Below, in pieces: positions 12,010-25,271 of a stretch of 58,673 nt of DNA; position 1 is the stretch's first letter; every line of letters starts with the position of its first letter. The notes under the pieces are model-generated. The model saw only the letters and a program-made list of their open reading frames with translations, ran no database searches and was not told where the DNA came from. The translations under genes were made by a program, and so were the position numbers. Source of the stretch: Octopus sinensis (taxonomy: Eukaryota); assembly GCF_006345805.1 (NCBI RefSeq), contig NW_021834512.1:1-58673 (forward strand), written 5' to 3'.

Positions 12010-12062
12010 GTCGTCGTCGTTGTTGTTGTTGTTGTTGTTTTTGTTGTTTTTGTTGTTGTTAT
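11965..12062. repeat. (ATC)n/(GTC)n/(GTT)n repeat
   Basis: Directly visible. Confidence 0.95.
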
Positions 12063-12278
12063 TATTTTATGTTCCTTTTATCTGAGTAGAAACACCGATC
12101 CTCCTTCTCCCATTTCTGCACCACCACCCATTTCTAATATCTATTAATCTTTGCTTTCTTCCTTTCCCGCCAATATCCTGCTCTTCTAGTAATGTTCTCT
12201 TTGATTTTAATCTCATTTATTGTTTACAACCTCTTCCCTCATACCCATCGCACCCGACCGCCATCAGCTACCATTCTT

Positions 12279-12325
12279 CTTTACTAAAGATTCTGAGAAT
12301 TCTTCTCAGCGACGACGTATTAAAG
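12279..12325 (+). ncRNA. Decayed hammerhead-like motif
   Basis: CTTTA-CTAAAGA-TT-CTGAGAA-ttc-TTCTCAG-CGACGACGTAT-TAAAG: stems I and II intact, both core segments mutated. Confidence 0.35.
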
Positions 12326-12651
12326 ACACCGCCCAAAACCATTTTTAGCGATTTTTCTGTTATTCATACTTATATATATTCTTTACCATTTTCGTTCTTT
12401 TCATTGTTATCCCCACCCAGAGCAATTCTGATTAAGTAGGCTTATCATTAAAAGCTTCTCAGCAGTGGCCATCCCAACTTATTTTCAGATACAGGCTTTA
12501 CTACCGGATATATGTGTATTTTAATGAACGCGTTATGTATAATGTATTGAGAGAAGTTTGTACTTACATATAAAAATAATAAATGCTCCCTTCTCGAGCC
12601 AAGTCAGGCTCATAAGGGCCGGTTTCCTGGTTTCAGTAGCGTATATATGTT

Positions 12652-13045
12652 TCTTTACTAGAAGGGACAAACAAGGACAGACAAACGGATTAAGTCGATT
12701 ACATCGACCCCAGTGCGTAACTGGTACTTAATTTATCGACCCCGAAAAGATGAAAGGTAAAGTCGACCTCGGCGGAATTTGAACTCAGAACGTAACGGCT
12801 GATGAAATACCTATTTCTTTACTACCCATAAAGGGCTAAACATAGAGGGGACAAACAAGGACAGACAAATGGATTAAGTCGATTACACCGACCCTAGTGC
12901 GTAACTGCTACTTAATTTATCGACCCCGAAAGGATGAAAGGCAAAGTCGACCTCGGCGGAATTTGAACTCAGATCGTAGCGGCAGACGAAATACGGCTAC
13001 GCATTTCACCCGGCGTGCTAACGTTTCTGCTAGCTCGCCGCCTTG
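12652..13045 (-). mobile_element. SINE family 2 tandem dimer
   Basis: Two bodies joined at ...GAAATAC|CTATTTCTTTACTACCC, the same junction type as at 57.6 and 57.8 kb. Confidence 0.85.
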
Positions 13046-13051
13046 TATAGC

Positions 13052-13229
13052 GAATTTATTCCCCACCTGGATGGGATGCAAGTCCATCGCAGGTAGCTCA
13101 CTTTTGCCAGCTGAGTAGACTGGAGCAACGTGAAATGAAGTTTTGCTTAAGAGCACAACACGTTGCTCGGCCCAGGAATCGAAACCACAATCTTACGATC
13201 ATGAATCCGATACCCTAACCACTAAGACG

Positions 13230-13232
<3 letters not shown>
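13052..13232 (-). mobile_element. tRNA-derived SINE (family 3-like head, CORE-like body)
   Basis: Minus-strand GTGGTTAGGG...GGTTTCGATTCC head; GCTCTTAAGCAAAAC...GTTGCTCCAGTCTACTCAGC body. Confidence 0.7.
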
Positions 13233-13260
<28 letters not shown>

Positions 13261-13678
13261 CACACACACAAGTAGAGTTTATATGCTAAGCAGTGCTTAT
13301 GCATCAGCAAACTTTAGGTAAGGTAAAATATGTTTGTGACAGATTTCGAACTCTCAAGGCAAATTCACTGCATTTGCCGTGGAGAAAAAAAATACTGTTA
13401 TGGTAAAAAGATGTGAAAATTCCATATCTGCCCAGTGCTGCCCTCTTTCGGATTCTTAGTCGTTTTTTTTAGCTCTTTAGCCGTTATCAATAGGAAATAC
13501 AGAAGGGAGGTAACCCTAGGCAGATTTTAAAGCCGTAAATTTAACCAAAACAAAAACAACACTGACTGGGTTGCACTCTTTGACCACCTGATTGGCAGAG
13601 TTTCAGCAGTATCAGCACCAAGCAATGTTTAGGCTTGAACGAACTTTAAGTTAGTTAAGATAAATATTTGTTACATAT

Positions 13679-13735
<57 letters not shown>

Positions 13736-13736
13736 G

Positions 13737-13767
<31 letters not shown>

Positions 13768-13768
<1 letters not shown>

Positions 13769-13929
13769 TGTTTCTTTATTAGCCACACAGGGCTGCACAC
13801 AGATAGAACAAATTACAAGGTAGAGCTTTTCTTTTGAAGGTATAAAAAAAAAAAAAAAAAAAAGAGGAAGGGGGAGGTTCGATCAAAAGGGATCGTAAAA
13901 GGAGAGAAAGAGGACAAAAAAGGGGGGTT

Positions 13930-13960
<31 letters not shown>

Positions 13961-14136
13961 GGAGAGGAAAAAAAAATGATCAATAGGGATCGTTATCACA
14001 GAAATGTCAATATGAAGTGTAAAGGGGAGGACAGGTGAGGTTTACCCGTGGAAAGAAAAGCCTGCGGAAAAGACCACGGTAACCTCGGTCAATGAAGTCA
14101 CTTTTATATTTCTTTTTTTTTTTTTTTTTTTTTTTT
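13768..14136 (-). mobile_element. Tx1-like family I, fragment A (3' UTR only)
   Basis: 3' end ...GGCTAATAAAGAAACAT|ATCT; 5'-truncated at the internal poly(A). Confidence 0.9.
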
Positions 14137-14140
14137 AGAT

Positions 14141-14186
<46 letters not shown>

Positions 14187-14295
14187 AGATAATAGATATA
14201 GATATAGAGATCGATAGGGGGATATATAGATAGATAGTGGATAGATAGATAGATAGATAGATATATAGATAGATAGATAGATAGATAGATAGATG

Positions 14296-14334
<39 letters not shown>

Positions 14335-14335
14335 G

Positions 14336-14374
<39 letters not shown>

Positions 14375-14382
14375 GGATAGAT

Positions 14383-14548
14383 ATGTTTCTTTATTAGCCA
14401 CACAGGGTTGCACACAGATAGAACAAATACAATACAGGTAGAGCTTTTCTTTTGAAGGTATTAAAAAAAAAAAAAAAAAAAAAAAAAGGAAGGGGAGGTT
14501 CGATCAAAGGGATCGTAAAGGAGAGAAGAGGACAAAATAAGGGGGGTT

Positions 14549-14579
<31 letters not shown>

Positions 14580-15490
14580 GAGAGGAAAAAAATGATCAAT
14601 AGGGATCGTTATCACAGAAATGTCAATATGAAGTGTAAAGGGGAGGACAGGTGAGGTTTACCGTGGAAAGAAAAGCCTGCGGAAAAGACCACTGGAACCT
14701 CGGTCAATGAAGTCACATTTTATATTTCTTTTTTTTTTTTTTTTTTTTTTTTTTTTGCAAATAAGCAACTCTCTGTTTTCGATTTCTGGTTCATAGGACT
14801 ATGCTCAGGTGGCTTCGTCATTCATACGTGCCATTCTTGCTACATTCACCCATCTTTTTTTAAACATTCGCTAGACAAACTTGCCTCTCTACTCTCACTT
14901 TCCTTTTCAAGTGGTACTTGAAGAAGTTGATGAGAGATTGACCAGAGAGGAAAGTGTTTGTCTCCAATCCTTTCAGACGCGTCCACCAGATACATTCTTT
15001 CGCCATAGCCACAAGATGATGAAAATAGCTCTTCCTTCCGTTTGAAGGAAGGAGGCGTGACAATATTGACGATAGACTCAGCTGATAAACCGACTCGTCC
15101 CACACGTGACAGCATTGTTCGACATAAGCCCACAGGTCGGAAATTGTTGGACACTGAACGAGTGCGTGCAGACGGTTTCGTCGCTCTGACCGCATCTCGG
15201 GCAGGTCGGCCGTGTTTCACGAGCCGTGTCGTAGAGCTTATCCCAACGGGTAGCGCTTCTCGGTAGCACTGCCAGGCCAGGGATCTCTGGAAGTTGTCCA
15301 TGGGCCCTGGCCCGAAAGTCGTCCCGAACAGGCGGGTCAGGTACTCCTCGTCGACGTCCAGGTTCGCCCCTTTCGTCGTCGTACCTCCCCCTCCACTAAA
15401 CCCCTATAGAATGCTTTGGTTGTGTGAAGTCACTTAAGTCGACCCAGGACGGCAGAGTTGCTTGAGAGCAAACGCGACACTCGCGGTGCC
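14383..15490 (-). mobile_element. Tx1-like family I, fragment B (~1.1 kb)
   Basis: 3' UTR + ORF2 C-terminus (CPRCGQSDET.LH...C knuckle). Confidence 0.9.
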
Positions 15491-15495
15491 AGATG

Positions 15496-15526
<31 letters not shown>

Positions 15527-15527
15527 G

Positions 15528-15560
<33 letters not shown>

Positions 15561-15624
15561 GATATAGATAGATAGATGATAGATAGATAGATAGAAGATA
15601 GATAGATAGATAGATAGATAGATG

Positions 15625-15655
<31 letters not shown>

Positions 15656-15656
<1 letters not shown>

Positions 15657-16403
15657 TGTTTCTTTTATTAGCCACACCGGGCTGCACACAGATAGAACAA
15701 ATTACAAGGTAGAGCTTTTCTTTGAAGGTATTAAAAAAAAAAAAAAAAAAAAGGAAGGGGGAGTTCGATCAAAAGGATCGTAAAAGGAGAGAAAAGGAAA
15801 AATAAGGGGGGTTAAAAAAAAAAAAAAAAAAAAGGGGGGAGAGGAACAAAATGATCAATATGGATCGTTATCACAGAAATATCAATTGAGTGTAAAGGAG
15901 AGGACAGTGAGGTTTACCCGTGCGAAAGAAAAGCCTGCGGAAAAGACAACGGTAACCTCGGTCAATGAAGCACATTTTATATTTTCTTTTTTTTTTTTTT
16001 TTTTTTTTTGCAAATAAGCACCTCTCTTTTTCGATTTCGATTCTGGTTCATAGGACTATGCTCAAGGTGGCTTCGTCATTCATACGTGCCATTCTTGCTA
16101 CTTCACCCATCTTTTTTTAAAACATTCGCTAGACAAACTTGCCTCTCTACTCTCACTTTCCTTTTCAAGTGGTACTTGAAGAAGTTGATGAGAGATTGAC
16201 CAGAGAGGAAAGTGTTTGTCTCCAATCCTTTCATACGCGTCCACCGATACATTCTTTCGCCATAGCCACAAGATGATGAAATAGCTCTTCCTTCCCGTTT
16301 GAAGGAAGGAGGCTTGACAATATTGACGATAGACTCAGCTGATAAACCGACTCGTCCCACACGTGACAGCAGTTGTTCGACATAAGCCCACAGGTCGGAA
16401 ATT
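15656..16403 (-). mobile_element. Tx1-like family I, short fragment C
   Basis: Truncated at + strand CAGGTCGGAAATT. Confidence 0.9.
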
Positions 16404-16412
16404 CTATGATAG

Positions 16413-16451
<39 letters not shown>

Positions 16452-16477
16452 TAGATATAGATGGATAGATAGATAGA

Positions 16478-18524
16478 TTGTTTCTTTATTAGCCACACAG
16501 GGCTGCACACGGATAGAACAAATTACAAGGTAGAGCTTTTCTTTTGAAGGTTTAAAAAAAAAAAAAAAAAAGGGGGGAGTTTCGATCAAAAGGGATCGTA
16601 AAAGGAAGAGAAAGAGGACAAAAAAAAAGGGGGGTTAAAAAAAAAAAAAAAAAAAGGGGGAGAGGAGAAAAAAATGATCAATAGGGATCGTTATCACAGA
16701 AATGTCATATAAGTGTAAAGGGGGGACAGGTGAGTTTACCCGTGGAAAGAACGCCTACGGAAAAGACCACGGTAACCTCGGTCAATGAAGTCACATTTTA
16801 TATTCTTTTTTTTTTTTTTTTTTTTTTTTTGCAAATAAGCAACTCTCTGTTTTCGATTTCTGGGTTCATAGGACTATGCTCAAGGTGGCTCGTCATTCAT
16901 ACGTGCCATTCTGCTACATTCACCCATCTTTTTTTAAAACATTCGCTAGACAAAACTTGCCTCTCTACTCTCACTTTCCTTTTCAAGTGGTACTTAAGAA
17001 GTTGATGAGAGATGAACCATAGAGGAAAGTGTTTGTCTCCAATCCTTTCAGACGCGTCCACCAGATACATTCTTTCGCCATACCACAAGGATGATGAAAT
17101 AGCTCTTCCTTCCCGTTTGAAGGAAGGAGGCGTGACAATATTGACGATAGACTCAGCTGATAAACCGCTCGTCCCACACGTTACAGCATTTGTTCGACAT
17201 AGCCCACCGTCGGAAATTGTTGGACACTGAACGAGTGCGTGCAGAACGGTTTCGTCGCTCTGACCGCAATCTCGGGCAGGTCGGCCCCCGTGTTTCTCGA
17301 GCCGTGTCTGTAGAGCTATCCCGAACGGGTAGCGCTTCTCGGTAGCCTGCCATGCCCGGGATCTCTGGAAGTTGTCCATGGGCCCTGGCCCGAAAGTCGT
17401 CCCGAACAGGCGGGTCAGGTACTCCTCGTCGACGTCCAGGTTCGCCCCGAGCTCGTCGTCGTACCTCCCCTCCACTAAACCCCTATAGAATGCTTTGGTT
17501 GTGTTGAAGTCACTTAAGGTCGACCCAGGACGGAGAGTTGCTTGAGAGCAACGCGACACTCGCGGTGCCATTCGCCCTTCCTCGGCCTCTTTTTGATCCA
17601 CGACTGCAGTTCGGTCATGGAGACGAGCTGCGGAAAAGCGGCCTCACAAACGGCGACCACACCTGTTCACCGTCGTCTACTAGAGCCAGAATGTCGCAGT
17701 CTCAGCGCGTGTCTGCGTATCATCAACCACGGCATGCCCAGCCCTCCTTTTAACGGGTGTTGACAGCAAATGGATCGCCTACCATCGGGACGCATCCTTC
17801 CCAAAAAGCGAAGAGGATGCGTTGTAGTTTGGTGATGGTAGGGTCGGGACAGGTACGACGGTCAGGCGGTAGTATATGACGGACGCGATGTACGTGTTTC
17901 GCCACCTCCGCTCGACCTTTTAGTGACAGTTTTCCTCTCGGCCCATTCCGGAGGCGAGAGACCACCCTCTCGTTATCTCGTTCCAGTTCTTCTCCACTTG
18001 GAGGTCCGGACCGAACCAGACCGCGAGCAACTGAACCGGGCCGTCGTCCAGCGTCCCACGACCGAGGCGCTGGTGGACGGCATGGGCTTGCTTCTCCAGG
18101 TGCCTAGTCGCAAAGCCCACTGACTTTTCCCGGTTGATTTTCGCTCCTGTCACCGCTTCGTAGTTTTTTCAGTGTCTCGCCGACCAGCTCGATGTGCTGG
18201 CTAACACTATGACGGTGACGTCGTCCGCGTATGCAGACACGCTCGTCCCGCATCCAATTCTCGCGGGATGCCCCTTAGAGTCGCCAGCTTCCGCAGTAGT
18301 GGCTCAAGAGTCAATACGTATAGAAGCGCCGAGAGGGAGCATCCCTGACGGACCGAACGTGCAATGTCGAAAGGTCTCGATAGATGTCCATTACGCGAAT
18401 TACCGAACGGATGCCTCTGTACAGGCAGCTATCCAGGAGCCGCGGAAGACGGGCCCAAACCAGCCGCTCTCAGGACTGCCTCCAAGTATCGATGGTCCCA
18501 CTATCAAAGGCTTTCGATTGATCC

Positions 18525-18527
<3 letters not shown>
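16478..18527 (-). mobile_element. Tx1-like family I, long fragment D
   Basis: Truncated at + strand TTGATCCAAG; RT motifs QSKAFD...RQG...YADD, many indels. Confidence 0.9.
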
Positions 18528-18573
<46 letters not shown>

Positions 18574-18574
18574 G

Positions 18575-18621
<47 letters not shown>

Positions 18622-18687
18622 GGATAGATAGATAGATAGATAGTATAGATATATAGATAGATGGGATAGATAGATAAATAGATAGAT

Positions 18688-18758
18688 ATGTTTCTTTATT
18701 AGCCACACAGGGCTGCACACAGATAGACAAATTACAAGTAGAGCTTTTCTTTTGAAGG

Positions 18759-18794
<36 letters not shown>

Positions 18795-19037
18795 GGGAAG
18801 TTCGATCAAAAGGGATCGTAAAAGGAGAGAAAGAGGACAAATATAAGGGGGTTGGGGTTTAAAAAAAAAAAAAAAAAAGGGGGGGGGGAGAGGAAAACAA
18901 ATGAATCAATAGGGAATCGTTATCACAGAAATGTCAATATGAAGTGTAAAGGGGAGGACAGGTGAGGTTTACCGTGGAAAGAAAAAAGCCTGCGAAAAAG
19001 ACCACGGTAACCTCGTCAATGAGTCACATTTTATATT

Positions 19038-19068
<31 letters not shown>

Positions 19069-19473
19069 GGCAAATAAGCAACTCTCTGTTTTCGATTTCT
19101 GGTTTCATAGGACTATGCTCAAGGTGGCTTCGTCATTCATACGTGCCATTCTTGCTACATTCACCCATCTTTTTTTAAAAACATTCGCTAGACAAAACTT
19201 GCCTCTCTACTCTCTCCTTTCCTTTTTCAAGTGGTACTTGAAGAAGTTGATGAGAGATTGACCAGAGAGGAAAGTGTTTGTCTCCAATCCTTTCAGACGC
19301 GTCCACCAGATACATTCTTTTCGCCATAGCCACAAGGATGATGAAACTAGCTCTTCCTTCCCGTTTGAAGGAAGGAGGATTGACAATATTGACGATAGAC
19401 CTCAGCTGATAAACCGACTCGTCCCACACGTGACACAGCAGTTGTTCGACATAAGCCCACAGGTCGGAAAATT
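18688..19473 (-). mobile_element. Tx1-like family I, short fragment E
   Basis: Same breakpoint and variants as C. Confidence 0.9.
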
Positions 19474-19501
19474 CTATGGATAGATAGATAGATAGATAGA
19501 T

Positions 19502-19539
<38 letters not shown>

Positions 19540-19555
19540 GGATAGATAGATAGAT

Positions 19556-19627
19556 ATGTTTCTTTATTAGCCACACAGGGCTGCACACGGATAGAACAAA
19601 TTACAAGGTAGAGCTTTTCTTTTGAAG

Positions 19628-19661
<34 letters not shown>

Positions 19662-21626
19662 ACGGAGGGGAGTTTCGATCAAAAGGATCGTAAAAGGAGA
19701 GAAGAGGACAAAAAAAAAGGGGGGTTAAAAAAAAAAAAAAAAAGGGGGAGAGGAGAAAAAAATTGATCAATAGGGATCGTTATCACAGAAATGTCAATAT
19801 GAAGTGTAAGGGGAGGACAGGAAGGTGAGGTTACCGTGGAAAGAAAAGCCTACGGAAAAGACCACGGTAACCTCGGTCAATGAAGTCACATTTTATTTCT
19901 TTTTTTTTTTTTTTTTTTTTTTTTTTTCCAATAAGCAACTCTCTGTTTTCGATTTCTGGGTTCATAGGACTATGCTCAGGTGGCTTCGTCATTCATACGT
20001 GCCATTCTTGCTACATTCACCTCTTTTTTTAAAACATTCGCTAGACAACTTGCCTCTCTACTCTCACTTTCCTTTTCAAGTGGTACTTGAAGAAGTTGAT
20101 GAGAGATTGACCAGAGAGGAAAGTGTTTGTCTCCAATCCTTTCAGACGCGTCCACCAGATACATTCTTTTCGCCATAGCCACAAGGATGATGAAAATAGC
20201 TCTTCCTTCCCGTTTGAAGGAAGGAGGCGTGACATATTGACGATAGACTCAGCTGATAAACCGACTCGTCCCACGTGACAGCATTTGTTCGACATAAGCC
20301 CAGGTCGAAATTGTTGGACACTGACGAGTGCGTGCAGAACGGTTTCGTCGCTCTGACCGCATCTCGGGCAGGTCGGCCCCGTGTTTCTCGAGCCGTGTCT
20401 GTAGAGCTTATCCCGAACGGGTAGCGCTTCTCGGTAGCACTGCCAGGCCAGGGATCTCGGAAGTTGTCCATGGGCCCTGGCCCGAAAGTCGTCCCGAACA
20501 GGCGGGTCAGGTACTCCTCGTCGACGTCCAGGTTCGCCCCGAGCTCGTCGTCGTACCTCCCCTCCACTAAACCCCTATAGAATGCTTTGGTTGTGTTGAA
20601 GTCACTTAAGGTCGACCCAGGACGGCAGAGTTGCTTGAGAGCAACGCGACACTCGCGGTGCCATTCGCCCTTCCTCGGCCTCTTTTTGATCCACGACTGC
20701 AGTTCGGTCATGGAGACGAGCTGCGGAAAAGCGTGCCTCACAAACGGCGACCACACCTGTTCACCGTCGTCTACATAGAGCCAGAGATGTCGCAGTCCTC
20801 AGCGCGTGTCTGCGTATCATCAACCACGGCATGCCCAGCCTCCTTTTAACGGGTGTTGACAGCAAATGGATCGCCTGACCATCGGACGCATCCTTTCCCA
20901 AAAAGCGAAGAGGATGCGTTGTAGTTTGGTGATGGTAGGGTCGGGACAAGTACGACGGTCAGGCGGTAGTAGATGACGGACGCGATGTACGTGTTCGCCA
21001 CCTCCGCTCGACCTTTTAGTGACAGTTTCCTCTCGGCCCATTGCCGGGCGAGAGTGACCACCCTACTCGTTATCTCGTTCCAGTTCTTCTCCACTTGGAG
21101 GTCCGGACCGAACCAGACCGCGAGCAACTGAACCGGGCCGTCGGTCCAGCGTCCCACGACCGAGGCGCTGGTGGACGGCATGGGCTTGCTTCTCCAGGTG
21201 CCTAGTCGCAAGCCCACTGACTTTTCCCGGTTGATTTTCGCTCCTGTCACCGCTTCGTAGTTTTTCAGTGTCTCGCCGACCAGCTCGATGTGCTCGTGGC
21301 TAGACACTATGACGGTGACGTCGTCCGCGTATGCAGACACGCTCGTCCCGCATCCCAATTCTCGCGGGATGCCCCTTAGAGTCGCCAGCTTCCGCAGTAG
21401 TGGCTCAAGAGTCAATACGTATAGAAGCGCCGAGAGGGAGCATCCCTGACGGACCGAACGTGCAATGTCGAAAGGTCTCGATAGATGTCCATTTACGCGA
21501 ATTACCGAACGGATGCCTCTGTACAAGGCAGCTATCCAGCCGCGGAAGACGGGCCCGAAACCAGCCGCTCTCAGGACTGCCTCCAAGTATCGATGGTCCA
21601 CCCTATCAAAGGCTTTCGATTGATCC

Positions 21627-21629
<3 letters not shown>
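19556..21629 (-). mobile_element. Tx1-like family I, long fragment F
   Basis: Same breakpoint as D; ORF 20846-21628 [11 protein letters not shown]...SVRQGCSLS...YADD. Confidence 0.9.
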
Positions 21630-21675
<46 letters not shown>

Positions 21676-21676
21676 G

Positions 21677-21723
<47 letters not shown>

Positions 21724-21724
21724 G

Positions 21725-21767
<43 letters not shown>

Positions 21768-21791
21768 GGATAGATAGATAAATAGATAGAT

Positions 21792-21864
21792 ATGTTTCTT
21801 TATTAGCCACACAGGGCTGCACACAGATAGAACAAATTACAAGGTAGAGCTTTTCTTTTGAAGG

Positions 21865-21899
<35 letters not shown>

Positions 21900-22560
21900 A
21901 AGGGGGAGTTCGATCAAAAGGGATCGTAAAAGAGAGAAGAGGACAAATATAAGGGGGGTTAAAAAAAAAAAAAAAAAAAAGGGGGGGGGGGAGAGGAAAA
22001 AAAATGATCAATAGGGATCGTTATCACAGAAATGTCAATATGAAGTGTAAAGGGGAGGACAGGAGGTTTACCCGTGGAAAGAAAAGCCTGCGAAAAGACC
22101 ACGGTAACCTCGGTCAATGAAGTCACATTTTTATATTTCTTTTTTTTTTTTTTTTTTTTTTTTTTTGCAAATAAGCAACTCTCTGTTTTCGATTTCTGGG
22201 TTCATAGGACTATGCTCAAGGTGGCTTCGTCATTCATACGTGCCATTCTTGCTACATTCACCCATCTTTTTTTAAAACATTCGCTAGACAAAACTTGCCT
22301 CTCTACTCTCCTTCCTTTTCAAGTGGTACTTGAAGAAGTTGATGAGAGATTGACCAGAGAGGAAAGTGTTTGTCTCCAATCCTTTCAGACGCGTCCACCA
22401 GATACATTCTTTCGCCATAGCCACAAGGATGATGAAAATAGCTCTTCCTTCCCGTTTGAAGGAAGGAGGATTGACAATATTGACGATAGACTCAGCTGAT
22501 AAACCGACTCGTCCCACACGTGACAGCAGTTGTTCGACATAAGCCCACAGGTCGGAAATT
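21792..22560 (-). mobile_element. Tx1-like family I, short fragment G
   Basis: Same breakpoint and variants as C and E. Confidence 0.9.
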
Positions 22561-22565
22561 GTATG

Positions 22566-22624
<59 letters not shown>

Positions 22625-22640
22625 GGATAGATAGATAGAT

Positions 22641-22967
22641 ATGTTTCTTTATTAGCCACACAGGGCTGCACACGGATAGAACAAATTACAAGGTAGAGCT
22701 TTTCTTTTGAAGGTTTAAAAAAAAAAAAAAAAAAAAAAAGGAGGGGGAGTTTCGATCAAAAGGATCGTAAAAGGAAGAAAGAGGACAAAAAAAAAGGGGG
22801 TTAAAAAAAAAAAAAAAAAAAGGGGAGAGGGAGAAAAAAATTGATCAATAGGGATCGTTATCACAGAAATGTCAATATGAAGTGTAAAGGTAGGACAGGT
22901 GAGGTTTACCCGTGGAAAGAAAAGCCTACGGAAAAAACCACGGTAACCTCGGTCAATGAAGTCCATT

Positions 22968-22999
<32 letters not shown>

Positions 23000-24704
23000 G
23001 CAAATAAGCAACTCTCTGTTTTCGATTTCTGGGTTCATAGGACTATGCTCAAGGTGGCTTCGTCATTCATACGTGCCATTCTTGCTACATTCACCCATCT
23101 TTTTTAAAACATCGCTAGACAAAACTTGCCTCTCTACTCTCACTTTCCTTTCAAGTGGTACTTGAAGAAGTTGATGAGAGATTGACCAGAGAGGAAAGTG
23201 TTTGTCTCCAATCCTTTCAGACGCGTCCACCAGATACATTCTTTCGCCATAGCCACAAGGATGATGAAATAGCTCTTCCTTCCCGTTTGAAGGAAGGAGG
23301 CGTGGACAATATTGACGATAGACTCAGCTGATAAACCGACTCGTCCCACACGTGACAGCAGTTGTTCGACATAAGCCCACAGGTCGGAAATTGTTGGACA
23401 CTGAACGAGTGCGTGCAGAACGGTTCGTCGCTCTGACCGCATCTCGGGCAGGTCGGCCCCGTGTTTCTCGAGCCGTGTCTGTAGAGCTTATCCCGAACGG
23501 GTAGCGCTTCTCGGTAGCACTGCCAGGCCAGGGATCTCTGGAAGTTGTCATGGGCCCTGGCCCGAAAGTCGTCCCGAACAGGCGGGTCAGGTACTCCTCG
23601 TCGACGTCCAGGTTCGCCCCGAGCTCGTCGTCGTACCTCCCCTCCACTAACCCCTATAGAATGCTTTGTTGTGTTGAAGTCACTTAAGGTCGACCAGCGG
23701 CAGAGTTGCTTGAGAGCAACGCGACACTCGCGGTGCCATTCGCCCTTCCTCGGCCTCTTTTTGATCCACGACTGCAGTTCGGTCATGGAGACGAGCTGCG
23801 GGAAAGCGTGCCTCACAAACGGCGACCACACCTGTTCACCGTCGTCTACATAGAGCCAGAGATGTCGCAGTCTCAGCGCGTGTCTGCGTATCATCAACCA
23901 CGGCATGCCCAGCCCTCCTTTTAACGGGTGTTGACAGCAAATGGATCGCCTGACCATCGGGACGCATCCTTTCCAAAAAGCGAAAGAGGATGCGTTGTAG
24001 TTTGGTGATGGTAGGGGTCGGGACAAGGTACGACGGTCAGGCGGTAGTAGATGACGGACGCGATGTACGTGTTCGCCACCTCCGCTCGACCTTTAGGGAC
24101 AGTTTCCTTTCGGCCCATTGCCGGGCGAGAGTGACCACCCTACTCGTTATCTCGTTCCAGTTCTTCTCCACTTGGAGGTCCGGAACCGACCAGACCCCGA
24201 GCAACTCAACCGGGCCGTCGGTCCAGCGTCCCACGACGGAGGCGCTGGTGGACGGCATGGGCTTGCTTCTCCAGGTGCCTAGTCGCAAGCCCACTGACTT
24301 TTCCCGGTTGATTTTCGCTCCTGTCACCGCTTCGTAGTTTTTCAGTGTCTCGCCGACCAGCTCGATGTGCTCGTGGCTAGACACTATGACGGTGACGTCG
24401 TCCCGTATGCAGACACGCTCGTCCCGCATCCCAATTCTCGCGGGATGCCCCTTAGAGTCGCCAGCTTCCGCAGTAGTGGCTCAAGAGTCAATACGTATAG
24501 AAGCGCCGAGAGGGGGCATCCCTGACGGACCGAACGTGCAATGTCGAAAGGTCTCGATAGATGTCCATTTACGCGAATTACCGAACGGATGCCTCTGTAC
24601 AAGGCAGCAATCCAGCCGCGGAAGACGGGCCCGAAACCAGCCGCTCTCAGGACTGCTCCAAGTATCGATGGTCCACCCTATCAAAGGCTTTCGATTGATC
24701 CAAG
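22641..24704 (-). mobile_element. Tx1-like family I, long fragment H
   Basis: Same breakpoint and variants as D and F. Confidence 0.9.
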
Positions 24705-24713
24705 TAGATAGAT

Positions 24714-24776
<63 letters not shown>

Positions 24777-24777
24777 G

Positions 24778-24824
<47 letters not shown>

Positions 24825-24825
24825 G

Positions 24826-24872
<47 letters not shown>

Positions 24873-24895
24873 GGATAGATAGATAGATAGATAGA

Positions 24896-25061
24896 TATTT
24901 TCTTCTTATTAGCCACACAGGGCTGCACACAGATAGAACAAATTACAAGGTAGAGCTTTTCTTTTGAAGTATTAAAAAAAAAAAAAAAAAAAAAAGGAAG
25001 GGGGAGGTTCGATCAAAAGGGATCGTAAAAGGGAGAAAGAGGACAAAAATAAGGGGGGGGG

Positions 25062-25093
<32 letters not shown>

Positions 25094-25238
25094 AGAGGAA
25101 AAAAAATGATCAATAGGGATCGTTATCACAGAAATGTCAATATGAAGTGTAAAGGGAGGACAGGTGAGGTTTCCCGTGGAAAGAAAGCCTGCGGAAAAGA
25201 CCACGGTAACCTCGGTCAATGAAGTCACATTTTATATT

Positions 25239-25271
<33 letters not shown>

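Noticed and set aside
13415-13530. Short imperfect inverted repeat (CTGCCCAGTGCTG / GTAACCCTAGGCAG)
   Set aside because: Too short and mismatched to support a transposon call.
15656-24704. Six independent retrotransposition events
   Set aside because: Identical breakpoints and slot-specific variants indicate duplication of one dimer.
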